DNA from: Gekko japonicus | Lineage: Eukaryota | Direction of reading: 5' to 3' | NCBI RefSeq assembly: GCF_001447785.1 | Contig: NW_015175470.1 | Location: 2,545-66,544, forward strand | Length of the DNA: 64,000 nucleotides | In this document: positions 35,087 to 46,812 of the stretch, in pieces | Layout: the number at the start of each line of letters is the position of its first letter | Position numbering within the stretch: the first letter of the stretch is position 1 | The notes under the pieces: generated by a model | The model's database searches: none | Seen by the model: only the letters and a program-made list of their open reading frames with translations | Told to the model about the DNA's origin: nothing | Program-made: the position numbers and the translations under genes

Positions 35087-36680
35087 TAAAGGTAAAGGTT
35101 TCCCTTGTGCAAAGACCAGTCAAATCTGATTCTAGGGGGCGGTGCTCATCTCCATTTCCAAGCCGAAGAGCCAGAGCTGTCCGAAGACATTTCCATGGTC
35201 AAGTGGCCAGCATGACTAAACACTGAGGTGCACAGAACACTGTTGCCACTCAAGCTGAAATAATGAGGCAGACACCACTCACCTGACTCTCCAAGGCCTT
35301 GCCTGAGCCAGCCACCGGTGTGGCTGTGCGCCCTTCAACAATAGACAAATGCGTTAACACTTCCGCCTGAAATCACTTATTAGCAGATACCCGGGTTTCT
35401 TTTCTTCCACGCGTCCCACCAGCTGGCCAAGCAGGAGGAGTTGTCACAGCCAACAAGTGGTCAAAATAGCCTGCCGGACCCCATCATCATCGTCATCCGA
35501 CGAGGACAGTGCAGGGGGAGGCCGCTTAGGCGGTGGATTAGGAGCAGGCTGCTTCCCTTTGGAAAGCCCCGACCTCTTCTTGGGAACCATAACAGAAAGT
35601 GAAACTCAGTTACTGAGTAGACAAAATGGCCGCCAAACCCAAAATACAAAATGGCCGGCCCTCCTGTGTGCACTACGAGCAGTAATCAGCCACACCCAAT
35701 ATGGCCGCTCCAGTGATATCCAGCTCCTACCAGGGGAGCGTGTTGGACCTATGGCAAACTCCAATGGCTGCCTGGGCCCCAAAAAACCCCTTAGAAACCA
35801 GCCACAAACTCGCATGAGCAAGGATGGTGGTGGTGGTCAGGGCAGACAAGGCAGACAACAATGCCCCCCAGGAGGTGACCACGTGCACCAGGGGCCCCTG
35901 TTAACCCAGCAGCCCTATAAGAAAAAGTGGGGTGGGGTGGGGTGTGTAGTATAGTCGCGGGCCCAAGCCACTCTCGACCCTAGCCCACTACCCCAATTCA
36001 CCAGCCAAACTGCCACCTCCACTCCAACCATTAGAGGGGAGCCGCCCACTGCCAGTCCCAGGGCCTGCCACCCCCTTAGTGCTACCCCCATGGGCAAACC
36101 TCCAAACCTTCTGCAGCCGTAAGGCGGGCCAGCCGATGAATGGGCACAGCTGCTGAGCTGTGCTGTCTGCCTCCAAGCACTGCCGGGCCAAACCGAATTT
36201 ATAGCCATGCCACCACCGCTGAGATCTCTGCTGCCGCATGCCCCACTGCTGCTGAGCCCACCACCGCCGATCTCGCCGCCATCCCCGTCGCTAGTGCCGC
36301 CGACTCCACTGCCCCACCGCTCTTGAGCTGTGCTGCTCCCAATGACCTCACAGCCCCAGGCACCGGCCCGAAAAGGAGCTCCCGAACAGCACGACACCCA
36401 GGTAAGCCCCAGCCACTGACGGAGCTCCTCGCCAGACTGACGACAAACTGGGACTGCTGGAGAGGAAAGGACGGGCCAGCATTTATACCCTTCAGCCCCT
36501 CCCCTCCAAATTACCCGTATGGGTGTGTTGGCGCCCAAACCAACTGCCTGCCCTTTTTCATCTGGGTGGCAAATCCGTTCCCCCAGCCCAACGGCCGCAG
36601 GGGCTGAGGGCTGTTGATCCGCGTTACCTTCCCACCAAAGTGGTACCTATTTATCTACTTGTAATTTCTTGCTTTCAAAC
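35087..36680 (-). mobile_element. Sauria SINE split by a GC-rich insertion
   Basis: SINE halves at 35087-35248 and 36624-36680 join to match 32264-32505. Confidence 0.75.
35250..36623 (-). mobile_element. GC-rich retroelement 5' region, possibly DIRS/Ngaro-like
   Basis: Minus strand has GGGTATAAATG, then a gag-like start MVPKKRSGLSKGKQPAPNPPPKRPP...SSSDDDDD near 35590. Family assignment is tentative. Confidence 0.45.
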
Positions 36681-36938
36681 CAACCCTAATACTGGTCCTT
36701 TTCGGACCTCACTGCTTACTTACTTCCATTGTGAGAACTGTTCATTGATTCCTACTACTCAACTAGCATTTTCAAAACATCCCATCCATTTTCAGACTTG
36801 CAGTGTGGCAGACTTTTGTATATATAGTTTCAAAATTCAACATGGGCATTTCTTAAGACCCAGAAATCTTGATAAGAATGATTGGTACACTTCAAGCCAT
36901 TTGTTCCCAGCAAGGGGGGGGGGGGGCAACAATTGGCT

Positions 36939-37002
36939 NNNNNNNNNNNNNNNNNNNNNNNNNNNNNNNNNNNNNNNNNNNNNNNNNNNNNNNNNNNNNN
37001 NN
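36939..37002. other. Assembly gap (N run)
   Basis: 64 Ns. Confidence 1.
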
Positions 37003-38499
37003 AAATGGTTAATCCCCACTGCTGCAGTACATAAGTTTATAACATAGATTGGGGGGGGGGGGAGCAGCAAGAGATTCCTCATGCATTTCCCATGACCCTG
37101 ATAAAGGTGTATCTCTTGGGACTCAGATACAACCATATGTAACATTGCTGAGAATACTTTCTTCCAACATCCACAATAATACAGCTGAATGCATCTCCTA
37201 AATATAGCCCTAGCATCTTACTTCCCTAACAGAACATCTGAAGGAAGGGGAAGAGTTGAATAATGTCATAATACTGCTTTGAAATGTTTTGGCTGGTCAG
37301 TTTGAGTTTTGAATTTTCAACAGCACAGCAAAGCTTTAGTGAAAGATAAAAAAGAGGGGAAAAGGTGGAAGGAACTGGATGGCGATGAACATAGAGCTGA
37401 ATCTGGGGGAACAACAAAATCAACAAATATCCATAGGAGACAGGTGTGTGAGTACTTTGTTATGAAATGGGTCTGTAGTCCAGGAAAGCTTGTGCTAGAA
37501 CAAAAAAATGTATTAGCCTTTGTGGAGAGACAAGATTCCTGTTTATTTTATCAGATATCCATAATATTGATGCCCAATTTTGGTGGGTAGACCAGATTTT
37601 TTTTTTTGTCAACTGTACAATGTGAATTGAAATGAAAGCACCAGGAGATCTTCATGTTGGAGGCAGTTCTTCTAAAGTCGAGGGAGGCTTTGTCTCCCTA
37701 CTGAGGTTGATCTGGACCATTCTGTTAGCCACTGTGGGAAACGAGAGGCTGGCTAGATAGACCTTCTTATATTAATCTAGGGAAAAGACAGGAAAGGATG
37801 CATATAAATCTGTTCATGGTAAATTATGAAAATGGGTTCAAGCAGACTTTGACTAATACTATGCAATAGCAAGAGGGTCTTTGGAGCAGTGGATCACAAA
37901 AGGGAAAACTATAATTTCACTTACAGACATAAGGCATCTTCAGGTATCGGTAGCTCACTGAAACACATATTCCACCAAGGGCACACCACAAGAAATTATC
38001 ATTGTATAAATTATCTGCAAATTATCATTGCTGTTTATGCCTGTTCAAGTTCATGTAAATTTGTCCAGCATGGCATATGATATAGCTGGAAATCCTATGC
38101 ATACTTACTGAAAATAAACCCCATTGAACTCTGTGGGAATCACAAAACAATTTGCCTAGGATCAGTTTGTTAGAGAATAAGTTCATTAGGGGTTCATCAT
38201 GAAATCATAATTATTATTCTTCAGTGTTCATGGTACGAATCCATTGCAGACATTATGTAATATGTTTTACTCTCTTTTGTGAAAGAGGATTGTGCATACA
38301 TGTTTTAATAGGAAGCAAAAATTAAAAATTTACAGTGGTATCCCAAGCAGAGGTATACCCTTTTATGTCCATTAAAATCAGTGGATATAGAAGGGTGTAA
38401 CTCTGTCTAGGACTGTGTTGCTAAAATTTAAGAAAAATAAATGACAATGCAAGAAAGTAGATAAAGTCTTGGGGAAAGTCAGGTAAATCAAAATGTCTA

Positions 38500-38680
38500 G
38501 TCTAGGCTTGCCCAATACCATTAGATGTCAGACACTAAACAGCATTGGCCTTGTTTAGTATTTGGATAGGAGTCCACCAAGGAATACCAGAGTTGTGATG
38601 TAGAGGCAGGCAATGGCAAAACACCTCTGAATTTCTCCTTCTTTGAAAACCCCATAGGGTTGCCATACTTCAGCAGTGAT
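38500..38680 (+). mobile_element. Degenerate 5S rRNA-derived SINE (related copies ~47850-48030 +, ~59600-59790 -)
   Basis: AGAT.TCAGA..CTAA.CAG...TGG..TTAGTATTTGGATAGGAG.CCACCAAGGAATAC resembles the 5S internal region, followed by a GGCAATGGCAAA.CACCTCTG tail. Confidence 0.55.
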
Positions 38681-38788
38681 GTTTCTGAAAAAGGCTTAGA
38701 TACACATCCTCAAATCCTTTCTCTGTTGAGATCATCATTTTGACAGCATGTTTTCTTTCCTCTTCACAGACTTTGTCGAAGTAATCAA

Positions 38789-39089
38789 ATGGTGAACCAA
38801 ACAACTGTGACAGAATTTGGCCTTCTGGGATTTGCTGATCTTCAAGAACTACAGGTTCTACATGCCGTGGTCTTTCTCTTAATGTATTTAGTGGCCTTGA
38901 TGGGAAACTTTCTCCTGATTGCAGCTGTCGCCCAGAATCACCACCTTCACAGTCCCATGTATTTCTTCTTGGTCAACCTTTCCATTGCTGATGTCTGCTA
39001 CATTTCAACTACAGTTCCCAAATCCATGGTCAATTCTTTGATGGGCAGCAAGCAGATTTCATTCTCTGGATGTGTCACTCAGGTTTTCT
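38789..39089 (+). pseudogene. Truncated 5' tandem duplicate of the OR at 39292 (N-terminus to start of TM3)
   Basis: MVNQTTVTEFGLLGFADL...SFSGCVTQVF, then a jump back to upstream sequence (38632 = 39085) at TTTCT microhomology. The ORF ends at 39151. Confidence 0.9.
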
Positions 39090-39291
39090 CCTTCTTTGAA
39101 AACCCCATAGGGTTGCAATACATCAGCTGTGACTTGAAAGCAAAAAAATAAATAAATGTTGAAACGGGAGACCAGTTATTTTCCTTTGTTTCTGAAAAAG
39201 GCTTAGATACACATCCTCAAACCCTATCTCTGTTGAGATCATCATTTTGACAGCATGTTTTCTTTCCTCTTCACAGACTTCAAGTAATCAA

Positions 39292-40257
39292 ATGGCGAAC
39301 CAAACAACTGTGACAGAATTTGTCCTTCTGGGATTTGCCGATCTTCGAGAACTACAGGTTCTACATTCTGTGGTCTTTCTTGCCATTTATTTAGTGGCCT
39401 TGGCAGGAAACTTTCTCCTGATTGCAGCTGTCGCCCCGAATCACCACCTCCACAGCCCCATGTATTTCTTCTTGGTCAACCTTTCCATTGTTGATGCCTG
39501 CTACATTTCAACTACAGTTCCCAAATCCACGGTCAATTCTTTGATGAGCAGCAAGCAGATTTCATTCTCTGGATGCATTGCTCAGGTTTTCTTGGTGATT
39601 ATGTTTACGAGTGCTGAGCTGTTCTTTCTCACTGCCATGGCGTATGACCGCTATGCAGCCATCTGCCATCCTCTACGATACCAGCTGATCATGAACTGGA
39701 ATGTTTGCCTTCAAATGGCAGCTGCTTCATGGGTCACCTCTGTCACCATTGCAGTGGTAGATACTGTGAACACATTTTCATTACATTTCTGTCAATCCAA
39801 CATTATTGAACAATATTTCTGTGATATCCCTCAGTTATTAAAGATATCTTGCACTGATACAGCAACTGCTCAGAGCTTCGTTCTTGCCGGTACACTTAGC
39901 TTCGGCTCATTTTGCTTTACATTCATATTTGTTTCCTATGTTTACATCTTCTCTGCTGTGTTCAAGATTCAGTCAGCTCAGAGCAGGCAAAAAGCTTTCT
40001 CTACCTGCACTCCCCACTTGACAGTCTTTTGTTTGTTTTTCTTCACTGCTTCATTTTCATACATGAGGCCCAAAGCCTTGTCATCTCCAACTGTGGATTT
40101 GTTGGCTGCTGTTCTGTATACAGCTTTGCCCCCAGTCATGAATCCCATCATCTATAGCTTGAGAAACAAAGACATCCAGCTGGCTCTCGGCAGAGCCATG
40201 ACAAATATGCCTTGCATTTCCTGGGTGGGCTTGGAAGAAATGGATCCGAAGCACTGA
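39292..40257 (+). CDS. Olfactory receptor, group gamma (OR14-like), 321 aa, intact
   Basis: MANQT start after acceptor TCTTCACAG (ends 39276), LHSPMYFFL, MAYDRYAAICHPLRY, KAFSTCTPHL, PVMNPIIYSLRNK. Confidence 0.95.
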   Translation: MANQTTVTEFVLLGFADLRELQVLHSVVFLAIYLVALAGNFLLIAAVAPNHHLHSPMYFFLVNLSIVDACYISTTVPKSTVNSLMSSKQISFSGCIAQVFLVIMFTSAELFFLTAMAYDRYAAICHPLRYQLIMNWNVCLQMAAASWVTSVTIAVVDTVNTFSLHFCQSNIIEQYFCDIPQLLKISCTDTATAQSFVLAGTLSFGSFCFTFIFVSYVYIFSAVFKIQSAQSRQKAFSTCTPHLTVFCLFFFTASFSYMRPKALSSPTVDLLAAVLYTALPPVMNPIIYSLRNKDIQLALGRAMTNMPCISWVGLEEMDPKH

Positions 40258-40771
40258 CAGCTTCCTATCTAACAGAACCACCTAGAATTCTGCCTTTAAC
40301 TCCAGCTTTCTACATGTATTTTAGTGTCTACATAGAGTCATCCAAGGATACTGTGAGATCTATCGTTTGTAAGTTTGGAACCTTACACTAATAATAAACA
40401 AACTCTTTAAACTAACAGTAGAAAAGTTTTAACACATGAATTTATGTAGACGCCATGAAATTCAAGTGCAACAAAAAGATTGTTGCATACACGCTCATTG
40501 CTGATTTGTTTCTCTGTTTCATAAGAATTAATGGTGTTAATAACATGTAAAGGCCCCAGAAACTGGATCATCCACACCATGATACTTAGAGCCTGAAGTT
40601 TCCATGGCCACGAAATCACCACTCCCACATTTTAACCAGGGAAGGCTTGGTTCTTTGTGCTGAGAACCTTGCCAGTTCCAGGAAATTCTCTCACTGAATT
40701 TTGCGGAGGACAAAAGGCAGTAGGATACCATTGCCAGTCCCCCCCCCCCGGCCACTGGTGGGGGGTGGGGG

Positions 40772-40973
40772 TAGGGTTGCCAGACCCAGGTTGGGAAACT
40801 TCTGGAGATTTTTGGATGGAGCCCAGGGAAGATAAGGACCTCTGTAGGATACAATGCCATAGGGTCCACCATCCAGAGCATCCATTTTCTCCAGGGGAAC
40901 CGATCTCTGTAGTCTAGAGATCAGCTGTAATTCCAGGGGATCTCCAGATCCCACCCAAAGGCTAACATCCCTA
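40772..40973. mobile_element. Abundant TAGGGTTGCC-type MITE (many other copies, e.g. ~45526-45740, 55900-56104, 59282-59479, 60586-60806)
   Basis: TAGGGTTGCC...CCATTTTCTCCAGGGGAAC.GATCTCTG...GGAGATCTCCAG...CCCTA architecture recurs across the window. Confidence 0.7.
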
Positions 40974-43952
40974 CAGTGGGAGGGAAAGTGGGGCTACCAA
41001 CCGATTCTGCTTTCTGTGCAAGGGTCTTGCTGTTTCAAGCAACACTTGTATTCTGGAGCTGAACCAGTGTTATTTGCTCAATGCCCAGAATGCTCAGGTG
41101 TTTCTTGAGACTTCTGGAACTACTCCAAGGTCTCCAGTGACAACTGGCATAATGGGATGATGGTGATAATGATGAAGGAGGAAGAGGAAGAAGAAGGGTC
41201 ACACCTGGGTTTTGGCCAGTCTGTAACACAGGGTGCTAGACTGGATGGGCCATTGGTATGATCCAACATGGCTTTTCTTGTGTTCCTATATTCCTATATA
41301 TTTGAGTGGTAGATAGTGTTCTGCAATTCACAATCTAGCCAAGTTCTTGGGAACTGCAGTGTTACCTTCACAGGATTCTTGCAGTTCCAAGAAAAAAAAA
41401 TATCTTTTGGAGCTCGGCTGGTTTTATTTGCTCATGCACAGAATGTTCAGGTGTTTGCAGCCCCAGCACCTAAAGAAGGGGAGAGGGCAGCAAAGGTGAG
41501 GACTTTACAACTACCCGCTAAAGAAACACCACACACAACATTTTTGGAATAGAATGTGGGATAAATTGGCTACAATTTTTATTGGGGCAGCCTTGGGACA
41601 GCATGGGTTCACTAGATCCTGACACCGATTGACCCGCTTGCTAGTTGAGGAACCCCATCCTCACCCAGCCTACCTGCTGGGGTGGTGAGAACCATGTGAT
41701 AGCAGGTTGTCAGATTCCACAAGGATGATTGCCACTAAGTGGTCTCCCCTGCCACCTGAGCATGAGGATAACCTATTTGCAGCCCCTGAACTCAGCATAC
41801 CCCATTGGTAGCCCCCAAGCTGGGCATGCCCCTAAAAGCACTCACCCCAAGATCCCAGGGATCCCCAAATGCAGGGAAATGGGCACACAGGCTGGTTTCC
41901 TAAAATGGATCCGGACCCATGGTGAACCATCTTAAGTTGTGACAAAGAATAAAGCAGAAACCATTGTGAACAATAACATAACCTGCACTTCCAGTAATGT
42001 AACCTCCCTCAGTGGGGCCACCTGCAATTAAAAACGTACTTCCTTTCAAGCAAAAAACATAGGGAGAGATGAGTGGGCAAATGATCCCCCACATCCCGGT
42101 GGGGAGGCCAGGTGGTGCAGCATGCTTTATCCACCAATGGTGGGCCATCCCCCTCCCCGGGCCCATTTCAGCCCCCCTATAGGCCCACCAGAGGAGGGTT
42201 TTCCTGCCACTGCTGCTGCCCAGCCCCCATGAAAAACATAGAGTTGTCTGTCATTTGTTGCAACAAAAGAATTGCACCTGTTTCCAGAGAGGAGGTAGCC
42301 CCAATACTTTTCTTCAGGTGAAAAAGGGCAGAGTAGTTCCCTTGTACTACTTAAAAAGGCTACAGATCATGGGGGCTTCATGGGGGGAGAGGCCACATGG
42401 GATGGGGCTGTAGAAAGCTGTCCAGAGCTGACCCCATTTTTGAATTCTTGAAATACAGGTGGTGGGTTCAGTCATAAAGTATGCATTCCCATCTAATGGA
42501 GGGCCCCCATAATAACATTAATTCCAGATTCTAAAATTCCCTATTGTTTACATCCACCAAATATCAGAAGCACAGTGGAGCTACTGAAAGTCTCTAATGT
42601 GCAAACTAACAACGTCAACTGTTCTCTATGTGCTTACACTTCCCAAGTGTGCTGGATGCATGGGAGTAAGACTCCAGGAACACAAACCATGCATGTATGA
42701 ATTAAATTATGACCCATGGGGACAACGGCTTACTGACTGTTAGTGAGGCATATTTTTAACTCAAAAAATAAGAGTAGACACCCACATCATTTGCATAAGA
42801 AAGGTTCCCTTATTTCTTTCTCTCTATATTCAGTGGATTATCTCATTCTTTCCTCACACCAGTTTTGATTTGATTTGCTGGGGAAGCAATATATCCATAA
42901 GATATCCATAATGGTTCCATTGGCTGGAGAAGTAAACACTTCTGTGCAGTGACTGTAGAAGAAAATACACCTGGAACCTCAAACATCTATAAAAAAGGAG
43001 TAAGTTCTTTATACAGTTGTAAGCTTAGCAATCAAGCTTGTATCAAGAAAAAACTATGCTACAGTGCTGAAAATGTGTATTCAGGATTGGAGTCAGACAG
43101 GTTTTTTGTTCATTCTCACCTAAAGGTCTTCCTTTACTACAGCTCCAGATCCCACATAGCTTTTGCCTGCGCGGGTCCCATGATCTCCAGGTGAAGCCTT
43201 TTTGGTGGGCAAAGGGGATGCCCTCCTCCCCTTTTTACCAGCAGAAAAAATGGTTGGATCAAAACCATGCAAAAGAAAACGACATGATCCAGGAAAAGTT
43301 AAAGATTGGAAGGGAATGGGATAGATAAATGTATATATATATATATATTGTTTCTGTAGATTTTATGTATGTAGTGAAATTATTAATCAATCAATGACAT
43401 GTTACCACCCAATTTATGTGGTACTTTTATATACTATGAACATCATTTTGTATATAATAAACATATAATTACCATGATACTATTTAATGACACTATTAAC
43501 ATTGACAAATCTGTATATTTGGTATGAGGAAAATTTCATCAAAATGTGAAAATCTCATAAATTCTCGTAATAGAAGAGAAGCAAAATCTAAATGAGTCTT
43601 ATCAAATCACTTCAGCAAGGTTGAGAATTCTCATAGCATCCGTACATTTTAACAGAAGTGTAGCAAGTACTTCTGATCTATACACCATTCAGATCCACGG
43701 ATCATCCATTATCCAGTCACTAGTTTCACATTTTTATTTTCGTATGTATCATTTCTTCTCATTGGGTTGGATCCAAACAGTTTTTGTGCTCAGTGTCACT
43801 TGGTTTTCCTCCTAAATCCCTCATGGCTTTTATCCATGCAGATCTCATCATCCCAAGCACAGTCTCTGTTGGTGTTCAAATTGGACCCTTCTTTCATTTT
43901 ACACCAGTTTGAAAATGTGTTGGATCCAACCCATCATTTTAAACATTGCATA

Positions 43953-46812
43953 TCTCTCCTATATCATAATCCTGTTTTGGGGTGGCAAGATTCCATGCTT
44001 GCCCTCAGCCATTGGCCCATCAGCTGCCACTCAAGAGTACTCACGTGCCATTGGCCGGGTGCTGGGTCTGCTGGGTCTGCTGGGTCTGCTCCTCTTCCCC
44101 GCCCACTCCCCCTTCAGCCACTGTGCCCTGTCAGAATTACTGGCAAATGGCTTTCTCTCTTGACAAAGATGATTTTCCTGTTTGGAAATAACTTTCCCCT
44201 CAGTACCTGTGGTAAGTGTCACGAAATGGCAGTTACCTGTGTTTGTAAAATGGCTGTGGTTATTTGTTTTAAATGTTCCCCCATAAAGTTTAATTGAGCT
44301 GTAGTTCCAGAGAGGGGCCTGCAGGGGTATCACTCACTGCATTGAATGGGGCTTCCTCATCTGCTGGCCTACAGTTCCCAGCTGCCCCAAGCCCAAAAAG
44401 TGCAGGAAAACAGGGACTGTCCCAAGACACTCTTCATCCCCAGGAGCAGCAGAAATTCAGTCGGCTGCACTGGAGAATGAATGGAAGTTTCCCTGCTCTC
44501 TTGCACAAGAGAGAGAAGCTGAAGTACAGGTGAGCCCATAACCTCCAGGTAGAGAATATTCTGTGTAGGGGAAATAGGATTGCGTTTAACCCATGTTGAT
44601 TTATGTCCTGTTGGTTCATAGTGTGTGCTCACTCCTAGTGTGTGTGTGTGCTCCATAACTGTGTAAATAGTTAAATAAATTCTTTGGGCTAATAATCTGT
44701 GTTGTGCTCTGACCACATAANNNNNNNNNNNNNNNNNNNNNNNNNNNNNNNNNNNNNNNNNNNNNNNNNNNNNNNNNNNNNNNNNNNNNNNNNNNNNNNN
44801 NNNNNNNNNNNNNNNNNNNNNNNNNNNNNNNNNNNNNNNNNNNNNNNNNNNNNNNNNNNNNNNNNNNNNNNNNNNNNNNNNNNNNNNNNNNNNNNNNNNN
44901 NNNNNNNNNNNNNNNNNNNNNNNNNNNNNNNNNNNNNNNNNNNNNNNNNNNNNNNNNNNNNNNNNNNNNNNNNNNNNNNNNNNNNNNNNNNNNNNNNNNN
45001 NNNNNNNNNNNNNNNGAAATAGGATTGCGTTTAACCCATGTTGATTTATGTCCTGTTGGTTCATAGTGTGTGCTCACTCCTAGTGTGTGTGTGTGCTCCA
45101 TAACTGTGTAAATAGTTAAATAAATTCTTTGGGCTAATAATCTGTGTTGTGCTCTGACCACATAATCTCCCCTGCTCTGCACAATACCAAAGGGAGGAGG
45201 TAGCCCAGGAAAGCAAGAAAAGGCCAGACCCTTAGGTTGCCAACTTTTCAGGGATTCCCCCAAAGATTGGGGATTCCATCTCCAAATAGGGAGATTCGGC
45301 CAGAGGGGTCTCACTATCCCTCTAAAAAGGCAGTGATGAGTCCATGAGTGGTTACAGTGAATTTAAGGAGTGAGATATGCCCATGAGACTAGGGTGGGAG
45401 GCAAACAGCTGAGTGGTAAACTGGAGCCTATTTAGCCATGTTGGCAACAAAGCTTGGTTCAGACAAAGGAAGGAAACCCCTTGCAGGCCTTTGTGAGGAA
45501 GTCATTGGGACCAGTCCTGATGACTAGGGTTGCCAGCTCCAGGTAGGGAGATTCCTGGAGATTTCCTGGTAGAGTCTATGGAAGCCAGGGTTGGGGGGGG
45601 AGGCCTCAGCTGTACAGAATGTCATACAACCCACCTTCCAAAGCAGTTATTTCCTCCGGGGGGGGGAGAAATCTGTTGTCTGGAGTTCAGTTGTGATACC
45701 TGATGATCTTCAGGCTCCACCTGGAGGTTGGCTGCCATAGGCGTAGCAGTCAGCACTTCAGAACAGGGTCTGCTAGATCCAGGTTCTTCCTGTAGAAGCT
45801 GAGTGGGTGATTTTGGACCAGTCACAGACTTTCAGCCTAACCTACCTCACAGGGTTGTTGTGCAAGTCAAAAGAGGGAGAGGAGAATGATGTAAGCTGCT
45901 TTGGTCCCCATTGCAGAGAAAGACTACTTTTCCTCCTGGGAAACCATTGTTACCAATCTCCAGGTGAGGGCTGGAGATCACTCAGAATTACAACTGCTCT
46001 CCAGATGGCAGAGATCAGTTCCCCTGGAGAAAATGGTGGACTCTGCGGCAGTCAGGGCTTCAGAGCATGGAAGAGGCTGCAGGTGTGTGTGTGGGGGGAA
46101 ATGGAAAGCTGAAGAGAGAGGGGGAAATAAAGATAGGTTGATGATTGGCTGGGAAGGAGATAGGGTTGCCAACTCTAGGTGGGAAATTCCTGGAGATTTG
46201 AGGGATGAAAACTGGAGAGGGTGAGGTTTGAGGAGGGGTGGGACCTCAGACAGGTACAATGCCATAGACTCCATCCTCCCAACCAGCCATTTCCTTCTGG
46301 GTGGCCACAGTTGCCAATCTCAGGAGAGGGGTGGAAATCACTCAGAATTACAACTGATCTCCAGGAAGGAGGGGGGAGGAGATGCAAAGCTGATATCAGA
46401 GGGGCAGATAATGGCAGGTGGATGCTTGGCTGGGAAGGAGATAGGGTTGCCAACTCCAGGTAGGGAAATTCATGCAGATTTGAGGGGTGGAGCCTGAAAA
46501 GGGTGAAGTTTGAAGAAGGGTGGGACCTCAGACAGTTACAATGCCATAGACTCCACCCTCCAAACCAGCCATTTCTTCCTGGGTAAAAATTGTTGCAAAT
46601 CTCAAGGTGAGGGCTGGAGATCACTGAAAATTACAACTGCTCTTCAGGTAGCAGAGATCAGTTCCTCTGGAGAAAATGGTGGACTCTGTGTCATTATACC
46701 CTGCTGAGGTCACCACAGCACGTTGACACTGAGTGCCCAAGGCCTTGGCACTCTCCCAAATCCTCTTTCTAGAGCTCATTGTATTTATTTCCACAATGAG
46801 CCTTATTCTTAG
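43953..46812 (+). mobile_element. Long composite non-autonomous Helitron (~2.4 kb after removing the false gap)
   Basis: 5' A|TCTCTCCTATATCATAATCCTGTTTTGGGGTGGC. 3' perfect hairpin GCTCATTGT-N10-ACAATGAGC (46774-46801), then CTTAG|T (CTAG variant). Internal segments are shared with 13272-16007 and 59848-61290. Confidence 0.75.
44571..45165. other. Assembly gap 44721-45015 flanked by an identical 150-bp duplicate (likely unmerged contig overlap)
   Basis: 44571-44720 is identical to 45016-45165. Confidence 0.85.

Noticed and set aside
35915-36607. Overlapping GC-rich ORFs (207 aa and 155 aa) as host genes
   Set aside because: Low-complexity frames inside an insertion that splits a SINE, with no recognisable domain.
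41600-42500. Possible decayed retroelement (DIRS/LTR-like) segment; LTR-like 49245-49840; LINE-like 54040-55300
   Set aside because: Composition is suggestive, but I could not fix boundaries, TSDs or convincing protein motifs.
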